This document shows, piece by piece, positions 51,613 through 64,000 of a stretch of DNA of 64,000 nt. Position 1 is the first letter of the stretch, and each line of letters starts with the position of its first letter. Source of the DNA: Octopus sinensis (Eukaryota); assembly GCF_006345805.1 (NCBI RefSeq), contig NC_043005.1, forward strand, positions 88,040,001 to 88,104,000, given 5' to 3'. The translations under genes were made by a program, and so were the position numbers. The notes beneath the pieces were generated by a model. It saw only the letters and a program-made list of their open reading frames with translations, ran no database searches and was not told where the DNA came from.

Positions 51613-51759
51613 AGTCAAAACAACTCTTAGCTACGGGCAAGTGCTTATCTAATGACTGACAATGGAGACAAGCTCCCTACAGCGACTCACATGTTGTAAG
51701 GAGCTTGTCTCCGTTGTCAGTCATTAGATGATTGTTCACGGCTAAGAGTTGTTGTGACT
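51613..51759. repeat. 147-bp hairpin (MITE-like) element
   Basis: 51613-51676 is the reverse complement of 51700-51759; pairing continues TACAGC/GTTGTA, leaving a loop of about 10 nt. Confidence 0.8.
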
Positions 51760-51960
51760 CAGGGCTTCTAGTTGACCAAGGGAACGGTCCGATTCTTTCA
51801 ATCTCACCAATATCTTGGACATTGTGTGGTAAAGAATATTTGCAGATTAAAATCCCGTGTGGTTGTGTGCCGTCTTGCTGTAGAATAATCGAGAATATTT
51901 GCTTTGTCTTCAAATCTGGTGCCAAAACATTTCTGAGGAACTCCATGTGTGTATCCGTCT
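51760..51960 (-). pseudogene. Tc1/mariner-superfamily transposase catalytic remnant
   Basis: IILQQDGTQPH..IERIGPFPWSTRSP resembles QQDGAPPH..WIGR.GP..WP.RSPD. Confidence 0.75.
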
Positions 51961-52879
51961 GTTTAAGGGTTAAACAAAATAGTGGCATAAAAAGGAAAAT
52001 ATGTTGTAATGTGTGGTACATTGAAAGCAACTACCATGGGTTTCGTGTGAGTTTTTATAAACTCAAAGATGACTTTGCCCTCAACTTGAAAGCTGGTTTC
52101 AGATGTTTTTTATACAGTTTTCACTGTTGAATGGTGGGCGTTATACCATACGTGTATATGACGCCTTTCCTTTAAAGACGCAAAACCATGAAACTTAAGT
52201 TCAAAAGGAGCAAATATTAATGGAATCTCATTTAAAAATGATAGAAAGAGACATAGAAAGAGGTGGACTTATTTATAAGGGTCACGTGGGAGAATATTGA
52301 TTCAAACGAAAATAAAGGAAATAGTATTTAGAATTGACTGAAAAAGTGTAGTTAATCGGAATACTAAAGTAATTTAGTCGAGAGGGTGGTTTTGGAGATA
52401 AATATCGAAAAACAAAGGAAAATGTTCAATAAGCGTCCCTTGAAATTCCAGGAAGAGATTGAAAACCCTACCTTTTTTTATGTTACTTCTTCGCAGCCCC
52501 TTTATCGACAAGGCCATCAAAGCAGCAATGTTTCGATCCCTCGACCGAATGAATATTTAGAAAGATATATTTTTAGCAATGATTTTTATTGTTTGTCTGA
52601 CCTGGGATTGATCTCAAAACCCACAAGTTAGACCAGTGCACATAATACTTAATTGTCGTTTCTCTTCCTGTCCCATTATCCTATAGGACAGTTCCGTACC
52701 ACAGATCAGGTAAACGTGCCATTTTTATGATTATCACTTTAATATTCACTGATTGTTAATTAAAATATTTAGAATATTTGCATGAGACACGTATGGCAAC
52801 TTTTAGATCAATTAAAGTCTTTATAGGACTAGATTCAACAAATCTCCGTTTTCTTGCCTTTCGCAGTTACTACTGCTAC

Positions 52880-53272
52880 TGTGGTTGTTGTTGTTGCTGT
52901 TGCTGTTGAGCGAACGGTCTTCGTCCCAGAGCTCGCAAGATGGGAGAAGTCCGAAACGTGGTCCTTTGCTATTCGTAAGACATGCAGAAGAGAAAGCAGG
53001 TCAACCCCCGACACCGAGAGCATCGACGGATGGATGAATGCGCATCCAGGCTCAGCAGTTGCGTAGGAAGTCGGGGACAAGAAACAGGAAGGAAGAGTGA
53101 GAGAAAGTTGGAGCGAAAGAGTACAACAGGGGTCGCCACCACCCCCTGCCGGAGCCTCGTGGAGCTTTAGGTGTTTTCGCTCAATAAACACACACAACGC
53201 CCAGTCTGGGAATCGAAACCGTGATCCTCCGACCGCGAGTCCGCTGCCCTAACCACTGGGCCATTGCGCCTC
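52880..53272 (-). mobile_element. SINE family C with tail type 3
   Basis: Family head and core; tail unrelated to those at 7170 and 24262; ends in (CAA)n. Confidence 0.85.
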
Positions 53273-53409
53273 TACTGCTGCTGCTGCTGCTGCTGTTGAG
53301 CTCCAGGTGAGTCTAATTAATAACCAGCTCAATAATTGAAGACCTTCCTACCGTGACCATTCTCATTATATATCAATAACATTCTCAAACATATATCATT
53401 ATTAAACAG

Positions 53410-53750
53410 GGGTTTCGGTTGCGCATACTACAGGAGCGACAGAGCGCTGCTCCATGTGGTCCCGCAGTTTCCATCTAACTAGAAATATTAGGGTCTCATC
53501 CATTGTCTTGTGTTCAAGATCCTCTGCAAGACATCCTGATAGTTCAAAGTCAGGAATCTAATCTGTTAGGTCCTGCGAATAACTAAATCCACGCCCCGCT
53601 GCCGACGCTTCGGTTTATTGTCGTTCAGGTTTTGTCTGTATCCTACCCTTCAATCCGTCTTGCCTGGTAAGACCTGCCTGAAGATTTCTCTCCCTTCAGC
53701 ATAGCTCCCCAGGTCAGTGGAGCACACAGGCACTTCACTGCGACAAGGTA
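53410..53750 (-). mobile_element. probable RTE-clade LINE 5' UTR remnant
   Basis: ACCTTGTCGCAGTGAAG..GTGCTCCACTGACC..GAGCTATGC..GGCAGGTC..GAAGGGTAGG..CAGACAAA resembles remembered RTE 5' ends; not verified. Confidence 0.45.
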
Positions 53751-53829
53751 CTTGTTGGATTGACTGTTGACTACAAAGTAGTTCTTCCGCCCTTCATATA
53801 TATGTGTGAGCGTATGTGTGTGTGTGTGT

Positions 53830-54025
53830 GTGTGTGTATTATGTAGTTGGAATTTACAAAAAACAAGAGACAAAGACAGGTGTGTAAACAACAAACAGGT
53901 TTATTAGTTTAACGCTCGTGAAGGTGAGATAGTCTTTTACGTTTCGAGCCTATGCTCTTCAACAGAAAGGAACACGAGAACATAAACAGAGAGAGAATAA
54001 AAAAGAAAGCTTAAGTAGCTAGCAG
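53830..54025 (-). mobile_element. solo PLE-type end of the GAGCGTAGGCTC family; HHR 53934-53969 with A6U
   Basis: CUUU-CUGUUGA-A-GAGC-AUAG-GCUC-GAA-ACGU-A-AAAG; all stems intact. Confidence 0.75.
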
Positions 54026-54939
54026 TCAAATTGCTGCGCACATACTATATATATATGTATGTATGTATGTATGTATATACACGTATATATATGGATATAT
54101 ATTAGCAATTCCGTAATTCATTTCTTATAGATGGTTGGGTCGCCGGCGACTAAACTGGCAAACCCATCCAGCTTGCTTGTTGAAAAAGGTGATTGTTGGA
54201 CACCCTGTGGGACGAAAAACACCGTACAACTTTCCTAAATAAATAAAGAATGCTTTGAATAATAATATTGTCTGCGAATACTTCCATAGAAACATTCCCA
54301 GAAGTAACTCCCTGGTTTTGGCTCTGACTCCGTCCTAAACTAGATATGCACACCTTCAGAACGTGACTTGCTAAGAAGTAGATTAAAAACAGGACGAGAA
54401 CAATTAAACAAATATGTATGATTCTATTCTTTACAGATGTACCAGAAGCTGAACCGCTTCTGGTTAGGCTAACACACAATTATGGAATGATCTTATTATT
54501 CTAACCGTCCTTTTTGAGCAGCCAAACTTGTGCAGGGATTTGCAGAGGACATCACGGTTTAGTGTATCAATAATGCTATCGTCTGCTTTCGTAACAGAGA
54601 GAAGCCATGTTTCCATGAGTTCTCCCTATTTGAACAGCGTGAATGTACGCTAAATTAAGATGATCATAGATAAGATGCTAGGAAAATGTTTGATCAGCAA
54701 ATATCCAGTGATACATCTACTTGAATCGAATTAGCAGAGGTAATTCAATAGCAGCGACTGATATCACAACTGCTGCAACAACAGCAATGACAACGATGAC
54801 GACGACGACGGCGGCGGCGGCGGCGGCGGTGGCGACGACTATGGCGATGATGACACTGCCTGGTGCAATGAGACGCCGCAGAATGTACAAGAAATACAAA
54901 GAAAAGACGCGGAAGACAGTTTGGTTAAACAACTTCAGT

Positions 54940-54967
54940 TAATTGGAAGCGAGAAATTAAAATTATA

Positions 54968-55003
<36 letters not shown>

Positions 55004-55079
55004 ACTCGTACATCCCAACACACGAATGTGCGTGTGTGTGAGTGTGTGTGCAGAGTGAGTATGTGCGGAGTAATTAGTG

Positions 55080-55130
<51 letters not shown>

Positions 55131-55218
55131 ATATACATATATATACATATATATATTTATATGTATATACGTATCTATATATATATATATACACACTATC
55201 TATTTATCTATATATATA

Positions 55219-55257
<39 letters not shown>

Positions 55258-56394
55258 TATATTATATTATATATATACACGTATCTATATAGATATAGAT
55301 ATATAGATATATATATACGCATCTATATAGATAATAGTTATAGATATATATGCATACATATAACGTATGTTATGTATGTTATGTGTGTATGTATGTATGT
55401 ATGTATGTAACCACGCTGGAAGGTAAAAGCACATAAAAGCTAATACAACGAAGAATAGTTGCGGGATGAGAAGAAGATCAAAAAGAAAGAAAAACACAAA
55501 AGAAAACGTTATAAAGAGATAAAAAAAAAGGTGAAAAGTTAGACTGATATACAAAAGAAAACACACACACACAAACATATTTATATAACTGTATGTATAT
55601 ATTTTACGTATATATATATATGATATAATAAAATATAACATAAAGACGCTGGTTAATTAAATAATGAGCATAAAGTAATTAACAAAGTCTTAAGAACAGG
55701 CAACAAAAGAATGAGATAGTAAAAAAAAACATGAAAAAAAAGAGTCAAATCTAATAGTACTGTAACTTCATTTTTCTTGAGGTTTTAGTAAGAGGTGGGG
55801 TACAGGGGTGGTGGTGGTGGTGGTGGTGGTGATGGTGGTGGTGGTGATGGTGGTGGTGGTGGTGGTGGTGGTGGCTGAGGTTTTGTAAAATGGTAATAAA
55901 AGAAACAAAGAAAAGAAGGAGTGAAAGAAATCGTTATATAAATTAAATAAAGTAATTAAAATTTTGAAATTAAGCAAAATAATAATAAAAAAATACAATA
56001 AATAGAGTATACACAGAAAGAAACAGAAAAGAAGCAAAAATGATAATTTAAATTAGATAAGTATAAAAAAAGATGCACAAGATGGCGGAACGAGAGAAAT
56101 AAGTTGAGAGGGAAAATAGGAAAAATTGTGTAAAAAAAGAAAAGGAGGCGAAGTCTGCGAGTAATTGGTGATGAGTTTTCGTTGTCGATGAAGAAGTATC
56201 TAACCAAGCTATAGCTAGTTAATTAATTCTACTAATTTAGTTAATAATAACCACGTTATATTGTATTAGAAGTTAGTGTAATGGCGAGGTGAAGGTAAAA
56301 GATGAAAGACAGAGAACTCTGTGTGCATGTGTATGTGCTCGTGTTTGTGTGTAATATATATATATATATATGTGTGTTGTGTGGTGTGTGTGTG

Positions 56395-56430
<36 letters not shown>

Positions 56431-57616
56431 AACACTTTTGAGTATACATATACATTAATATAGAGAGATAGCTAGGTCGACAGATAGACATAGACACATA
56501 GATATATGCATGTGTGTGTGTATTATATGTATATATATATATATAGATATATATATCTATATATATATATATATATTATATAATAATATATATATATGTT
56601 ATATGTGTATATATATGTGTGTGTGTATGTATGTGTATATTATATATAGGCGTAACTGTGTGCGTAGTTTGCTTCTCAACCACATGGTCTCAGGTTCAGG
56701 CCCACTGCGTAGCAACTTGGGCAAGTGTCTTCTTATATAGCCCCGGGCCGACCAATGCATCAAATTCATATAGGCATATGTGTGTGTGTACATGTATGTA
56801 TTTATATATATATATATATATGTATGTATATGTATGTGTGTGTATGTGTAGATATAAAACTATACATATACACACACATATATGTTTGTGTGTTTAAGTA
56901 AGAACGTACCGTTAAACATACAAATACTCCGCCACGCCCCTGTGTTTGTGTGTGTATGTATGTATGTATGTATGTATGTATGTATGTATGTATGTGTGTG
57001 TGTGTATGTGTGTGCGTACATGTCTATAATGTGAAAGCGCGTGCCTATGTGTATAGGTGTGTGTTGCAAGTGTACGTACGTTTGTGTTTGACTGAAGGCA
57101 TAGTAAGTTGTGCGAAGTCTTCGATACGAAATTCTTGCTTCAACGAAGGGAGTTTCGCAGTTGTTCATAGCAATAGTGATGATGATTACGATTTGGTGGG
57201 TAGCTGTGGTGGTCGTGTTGGGATTGGTAGTTGCAAAATTTAGGCGTTGGTGGAGTAGATGCGGGTGGATGTGTTTGGTAGATTGGTATTGCCAGTGGCT
57301 AATGGTAAGAGTGGTGATGTCGGATATGAAGTGTGGGTGTGCGTTTTTGTGTACGCGTTTTCATACGTTTTTGTATGTGTTAATGTGTATATATGTGTGT
57401 GTGTGTGGTGTGGAGGTACGTATGTATATTCATATAGAAAGAGGGAGAGAGATATGTGTGTATATATATATATTATATATAATATATATATATATATATA
57501 CACACAGACAGACACACCAACACATATATATATATATCCGACGCATACATATGTATGTATGTATTATACATACATATATAAATATATATACACCCACACG
57601 CTTGTATGTATATACG

Positions 57617-57661
<45 letters not shown>

Positions 57662-57766
57662 CACGCTATTTCTAAATTAATTTATTATATAATGTGAGTA
57701 AATGTGTGCGCATGTACATTCTTATGTATTTATGTGTGTGTGATATATATATATATATAGATATAT

Positions 57767-57800
<34 letters not shown>

Positions 57801-57977
57801 GTGTGTGTGTGTGTGGTGTGTGTATGTGTGTGTGTGTTTGCATGTTTATACACATATACACATATATGTATGCATACACACACATACACAATATTTAAAC
57901 GCGCACGCGCACATGCTCCAAGTAAAAGAAAGAGCCAGAGATAATTGAAAGTGAAGAGTGTTAAGAAGACAGACACG

Positions 57978-58021
<44 letters not shown>

Positions 58022-58100
58022 GAGAGAAAGAGAGAGAGAGAGGGAGAGGGAGAGGAGAGAGAAAGAGAAGGTGGTGTGTATGTAGGAGGTATGTCTATAA
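54940..58100. repeat. mostly (TA)n/(TG)n/(GA)n microsatellite and A-rich low-complexity DNA
   Basis: Direct reading. Confidence 0.85.
56649..56775 (+). mobile_element. SINE family B head
   Basis: GCTTCTCAACCACATGGTCTCAGGTTCAGG..TTGGGCAAGTGTCTTC. Confidence 0.75.
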
Positions 58101-58849
58101 AATCATTAGTTAATTGCCTGATTTCATAGCTTTCAATTAGAACTATTAACAGGATTAGTGGAGTAATTTTTTGGCGTTGATGAGATTTCGGCAATTAGCT
58201 GAAACTAAAGGGCTTTCCTCCTGTGAGGTGTTCTACATTGTTAGAAGAGGAGGAACGGGGTGGGGTAATAAAGGGATAGGAGCGGTGGGGTGGAGTAGGG
58301 GAATATCAAGTAAGGTCAATACAGTTAGTGACTGTATAGGTGTAATGGAGGAGGGTAGTGGTGGTGGTGGTGGTGGTAGTGGTGGTGGTTAGCAGTGATG
58401 ATGGTTGTGATGATGATGACGGTGGTGGTGGTGGTGGCGTTGCTTATATTGTTGGTTTTGGTTGTGATAGTGGTGGTGGTGGTGGTGGTGGTGGTGGTGG
58501 TGGTGGCACCGTCGTAACAAGTGACGTGTTTTGTGCATTTTATCTCCTGATGAAATCTTTCTATCTCCGGGTTTCTAAAACGGGAGGAAGACAAAGGCAG
58601 AAAGAATGGGTCAATGAATGAAAAGAATTGGCCCCCAATGAAGGGCTGACATTTCCGAAATAACGAAATGCAAGTTTGATTCCGGCGCGATTCCAGCTCA
58701 GAGTGCCGAGCTACAAAACAATATATTCCACGATCTCTCGACGGGGACAATTGGTCACCTGTGTCAGTAAGCATTGGGTCACCCTTCAATTGCATGGAGT
58801 AAAAGTCGGAGGGAGACAGGATAAACTACCTGTATCAACTTGCTATAAA

Positions 58850-58990
58850 AGCAGGTAGTAATCTTATCTTCACTTATTCTAGTGCAAGTTTTGAAGAGTG
58901 CAGTTCGATTTTAACAGTTATTTTTTCAAAGCTATAATGGAAGTAACAAAGGAGCGTATTCAACATATTTTGCACAACGGAAAGTGCGAG
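58850..58990 (+). mobile_element. mariner-like 5' region and transposase start
   Basis: TATAAAA at about 58845, ATG at 58937 reading MEVTKERIQHIL, resembling mariner N-termini; truncated. Confidence 0.5.
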
Positions 58991-59895
58991 GAATATTAAT
59001 CTCTTATTATAAAAGGCAGATTTTATCTGCCTCCCTTTGTCAGTTATAGAAATCTACAATATAGGATTTCTTCAATTACAATTTACCTAGCATTTTTAAG
59101 AGTAGAATGCATCGGGTCATGCCAGGTCCAGTTTTTAAAATTTCAACCCCAATTAAGCAAAATTTACAGAAAACTCACATTGTGGTGTATGAGTCAACTG
59201 ATTCTCTTAATGTGAGCTACAGCACTCGCACACACACACACACAAAAAGGGAGCGATCTCATTCACTCACGCTATCACTCATTTCTACGACTTTCTCTTT
59301 GCAAGTAAAGTGAAACTAATTCGATAAAACGAGAGAAGTGTACCTTAAACCACTACTAAAAAAAAAACAGCAAACAGAAACAAATAAATACATAACGATT
59401 TACTCCTCACACAATTTCTTCAATTAGAGTGTACCCATGATTTTTCAGAGTACTTCCAGTGGGTGATGCCATAAAAAATTTCTTTCAATTTTACCACCAA
59501 TTAAGACAAAATTCGAGAAAACTCAATATTTTAACATTTCACTCCGAAAGCATTGATGTACATGTGTGCGTGCGTGAGTGTGTGTGTGTCATTCCTCACA
59601 CACACGCATACACATACATATATGAGAGTGGCAAACACAAACGTTTCAAACAACTACATACAAACACGTGTGTGTTTGTTATTAGTAAAAAAGGCGCCAA
59701 AACACAACTCACTTATCATTCCAACACATTTGCTATAACAATACAGAAAAGGTAAATTGGTTTTTATTTTACTCTGTATATATTTTTTATATAATATTAT
59801 ATATAGATATATGTATATATAATGCAGTATGAAACAGTGTTTATGTATAAACAGACGACACTTATATATAGTTATTAATAAATGTATGCATCCGT

Positions 59896-60224
59896 TTAAC
59901 CCTTTCGTTACCAAACCGCCCGAATTTACCTATTCGTATTTAAATGAGAATATCAGAGTAAATCTCTTTAGTACATTCGTGAAAACACGTATTATACTTC
60001 GTAAGGAGTTCAACTACAGTTTTGTACAAAAATCGAAGTGTAATTTTAATTCCGTGAATTATGGGATATTTTTTTCCGAAATTTGTTCCTATTGTGTTTT
60101 CAAAATTTGTAATTCTGACAAAAAATGGATACGAATTTCATTATATCAAGCAGTGAGTCAGAATTCGAAGGATTTTCTACTGAAGACCTTCATAAATCTA
60201 ACTCTATGACTGAAAAAAAAAGCA
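59896..60224 (+). mobile_element. piggyBac-like left end and ORF start
   Basis: TTAA (59896-59899) followed by CCCTTTCGTTACC; ATG 60125 MDTNFIISSSESEFEGFS (acidic piggyBac-type N-terminus); no matching right end in the window. Confidence 0.65.
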
Positions 60225-60606
60225 TCTTTATATAAGAGTGAAGTTGTGTGTCTGTCTCCTACGATTTAGATTCGTAACTACTCCCACATTTTGCGGTGCA
60301 GTTTAACCAAAAGCGTGTATCTTATAGTCGTGATTCATATCGAGCCCTTCTGGGTATTAGCGCGCGTCTACGATGAGTCTACGATTTAAAAAAAATATTT
60401 TTCCATTTTAATGCATTTTTTCGCTTTTATATAAGGGAAGTAACTCTCTAAAAATATCTACGATGTGTCAACGATTTTTAAAAATTTACCTTAATTTTTT
60501 TCAATTTTTAATGCATTTTTTTGCTATCTTTTGGCTATAACTCTCTAAAAATGCTTATATAGTTATTTCCCTTACAAACCCGAGCAACGCCGGGCGATAC
60601 TGCTAG
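60225..60606 (+). mobile_element. non-autonomous Helitron
   Basis: 5' TC, 3' CTAG, inserted between A (60224) and T (60607), subterminal GC hairpin CCCG-A-GC-AAC-GC-CGGG at 60579-60594. Confidence 0.85.
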
Positions 60607-61039
60607 TGCAGTATAAGGAGATTGGACGAGCGTTGGCCAGTGTCAACGGTGGTTCCAGAAATTCCGAGCCGGAAACTACAGCCTAAAAGACGAGCCTTGT
60701 CCAGGAAGCTCTGTAGAACTCGACGAGGACATCCAGCAAACCCTAGTGGAACAAATAGCGCTTGTGGCTTTAAACGAAAAGCAATGAGAATGACAGATAA
60801 TATTAGACAATCTTCAAACTTGTTAACTTTTGCCATGGGGACAGAGTTGCGTGACAAATATCTTATAAACATGCGTTTAGTACGAAGATAAAGAGGATTT
60901 AACACATTCGTTGACTGCGATTAACTTCAGTCTTCATCTCACAGTGTCAGATCTAACCTGTTACACCACATATACACCTAAATCCACTCCCCCACCCATG
61001 CTTAAGGTGGGGGAGTGGATTTAGGTGTATATGTGCGTG

Positions 61040-61314
61040 TTTATATGTGCGAGTGTGTGTGTGTGTGTGTCTGTATGTGCGTGTGTGTATAGTGTGTTGT
61101 CCAACATCAATGCTTTTGTGCCAAACCAAAACGAATTATGTAATATATAATCGTGTAACTACATACTTATATATACATACATACATATACATATGCATAT
61201 ACGTATGTATGTATGTATGTATGTATGTATGTATGTATGTATGTATGTATGTATGTATGTATGTGTGTGTGTATATATATATATGATATATTGTAGATAT
61301 ATAGACAGACAGAC

Positions 61315-61356
<42 letters not shown>

Positions 61357-61365
61357 TTAGATAGA

Positions 61366-61401
<36 letters not shown>

Positions 61402-61420
61402 TAGATAGATAGATAGATAT

Positions 61421-61474
<54 letters not shown>

Positions 61475-62851
61475 TGATTGATTGATGGTATGCTATTGGT
61501 GCTGGTGTTAGTTGGTGGGGCGCTACGGTGGCGATGTTTATTATTAGCACATTGACTGGTGCCGCGATGAGGGTGGGGGATCGGACTCCGCCTGTTTCAA
61601 AAACGCACAGCACAACACTAAATAAAATAATACAAATCACAACCCAAAAAAACAGACAAAGAAAAGCAAAAGACACTTGAGAATGGAAAGATAAACAAAA
61701 TCCACCCAAACCCATCCCCACCGAAACAATATCATAACAAAAATATTAAAAACAGCTGCAAGGACAAGAAAAATAGAGCCACGACAACATCAACAAAAAC
61801 AAAGAACAAAAACAGGAAGCGTAATAATATCAACAACACCAACAACAACAATCAACAAAAATAATACAAACATTAACTAAATAACAAATATGATTCTTCC
61901 ACAACAAAATATCTTGACAATGGAAAAGAAGATGAAAGAAACCGGCGTTTCGGTTTTGTTTTTGTTTTCAGTTCCAGTTAAAGAAGTCAAATAGATTTTC
62001 GAGTGTTTACTGTTATCATCGTTTTTATTTGATAATTTTTCAGCTTCAAAGTGTTTCGACTTCATTTGTAACATGTTTTTTTTTTTTTGCTTGTTTGCTT
62101 GTTTTTGCATTTCTTTATATTATGTGTATCATAATTGTGTATGTGTGTGTGTATGCCTGCATGTATGAATGTCAGTATACATATGTATATATGTGTATAT
62201 ATATATTATATATATATAATATATATATATATATTATATATATATATTATATATATATAGTCAAAAAGACATAGAGGAAAAGACAGAGATATGTATACAT
62301 TATATATAATGCCTATATAGATATTCTACATGCATATAATGCGTGTGCATGTGTATATTCATATATATATATATAGGGACAGTTTTACGAAAAAACAAGA
62401 CGAAGACAGGTGGTGTACAAAACAAACAGATGTATTAGCATATATATATATATATATATATGTATGTATATGTATATATATATATATTATATATATATAT
62501 ATAATATATATATATAATAATATAATTTATATATATATATATATATAATAATATAATATAATAATAATAATATATATGTATGTATGTATATGTATGTATA
62601 TGTATATATATATATGTATATATATATTGCAATCATCAATATATTAGCGTATTAATATGCATTCAAATACACAACTACCAGCAGAGTACATATACATAAA
62701 TATGTTTACAAATTAATCTACTCCAAACGCATATATGCATGTTTGTGCACGCTCCTGCTCGTGCACTATACATGCATAAAATATGCATTAATATATAAAG
62801 AATTAGGATGTATACATATACAGACAGACACATACATACATATATATACAT

Positions 62852-62943
<92 letters not shown>

Positions 62944-63245
62944 ATAATATACTTCTATACATGTACTCTGTGTGTATATTATCTTTGTAAATATATTAAT
63001 ACTTTGTACACGTTGGTATATATGTGTGCGTGTGTGCTTGTGTTCGTGTTTGTTTGTGCATCGTCCTCTACTCACGCACATGCACACTCACACCCTCGTG
63101 TCTGCATTCTCTTCTCCATTCCCTCACATCACTTTAGTCAGTAAACACTTCAACTATTTAAAATTATTGTTTTCCGAAACAGAATTTAATTTCTGCATTC
63201 GATTCTCTATGCCTACTTCTTCCTTCAACTGCTCCATTTCTCTCC

Positions 63246-63279
<34 letters not shown>

Positions 63280-63480
63280 ATGTGTGTGTGTGTTGTGTGT
63301 GAGTAGTTGTGCGCATGTGCGTGCACCTTTTTACACTTAATGTCGAAGTTGTCGTTGTTGTGCACTTGTTGATAGGAAAGGTCTTTTTCGTGTTCGAGAA
63401 GAAGAAGAAGAAGAAGAAGAGAGGAGGAGGAGGAGGAGGAGGAAAAGAAGGAGAAGAAAGAGAAGGAGAAGAAAGAAAAG
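61040..63480. repeat. (TATG)n, (GATA)n, (TA)n, (TC)n, (GAA/GGA)n tracts with A-rich spacers
   Basis: Direct reading; a partial PLE-type end lacking the HHR lies at about 62390-62430 (-). Confidence 0.85.
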
Positions 63481-64000
63481 GAGAAGGAAAGAAAGGAGGA
63501 GGAGGAGGGGAGGAGGTAAACGGTAGCAAAAGAAATCGGAAGAATTTCTTTCAAACGATTGCGGAAAAGAAAGCGGAAAAAGGCCACAGTCTATTGCCAA
63601 GGAAGCTTGAAAATTTGCAGAGGAACTTGGCATTAACCCTGAATTAAATGTAGACCTGAAACCACTAATATCACATTCTAAATGTTCCAACGATAAAATT
63701 TAGCTGTTATTTCTTGCAATATTAATTATTATGCAGAAGTCTCCCTCGTCGGTTCATACATACGTTAATCTTGGCGCCATCTGATTTGATCTTTTTTTTT
63801 TTCGTTTCAATGCACTGTTAAAGGGGATCACATGGTAACTCTGGCTTCCGGCGTGCAGAAACTGGTTGCGTCTGATTCAAGCAAATTTCAATCTTCGTAG
63901 CATTTTAAATATTTATTTCGTGAAGTTTACGTAATTTGTATGAAAACCTACAAAGACAGGAGGTACAAAGAAAATTTCCAGTAGTTTTTAGACCTTATCA

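Noticed and set aside
54437-54462. Possible 26-nt plus-strand microexon (ttctttacAG, GTtagg; DVPEAEPLL)
   Set aside because: Splice-like signals arise by chance in 64 kb; no partner exons or homology evidence.

Overview
This is eukaryotic, extremely microsatellite-rich DNA, most likely an intronic or intergenic stretch of an octopus (cephalopod) genome. That assignment is recognition from memory of the tRNA-derived SINE families and the (TA)n/(AAT)n density, not a database search. I cannot support any host protein-coding gene; nearly all long ORFs in the track are translations of simple repeats. The interpretable content is a mosaic of mobile elements: three tRNA-headed SINE families, Penelope-like elements (PLE; RT thumb plus GIY-YIG), R4/Dong-type RLE LINE fragments on (AAT)n, RTE and CR1 remnants, Tc1/mariner and piggyBac remnants, and a non-autonomous Helitron. 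There is also a 100-N gap. Two things stand out. (1) About 15 minimal type I hammerhead ribozyme (HHR) motifs with palindromic, dimer-type stem III occur at PLE-type ends, usually beside (TA)n. They include two intact canonical ones and natural core variants in which the 3-8 tertiary pair is U-A or G-C instead of C-G, plus a family with recurrent A6U. (2) A 6.3-kb head-to-tail array (35182-41519, minus strand) of a ~1.77-kb unit encodes only a ~450-aa L1/Tx1-ORF1-like RRM + CCHC protein with no RT. Its 3' end carries a covarying stem-loop shared with a local SINE tail. SINE and microsatellite boundaries are approximate (about +/-10-20 bp); ribozyme coordinates were counted by hand.
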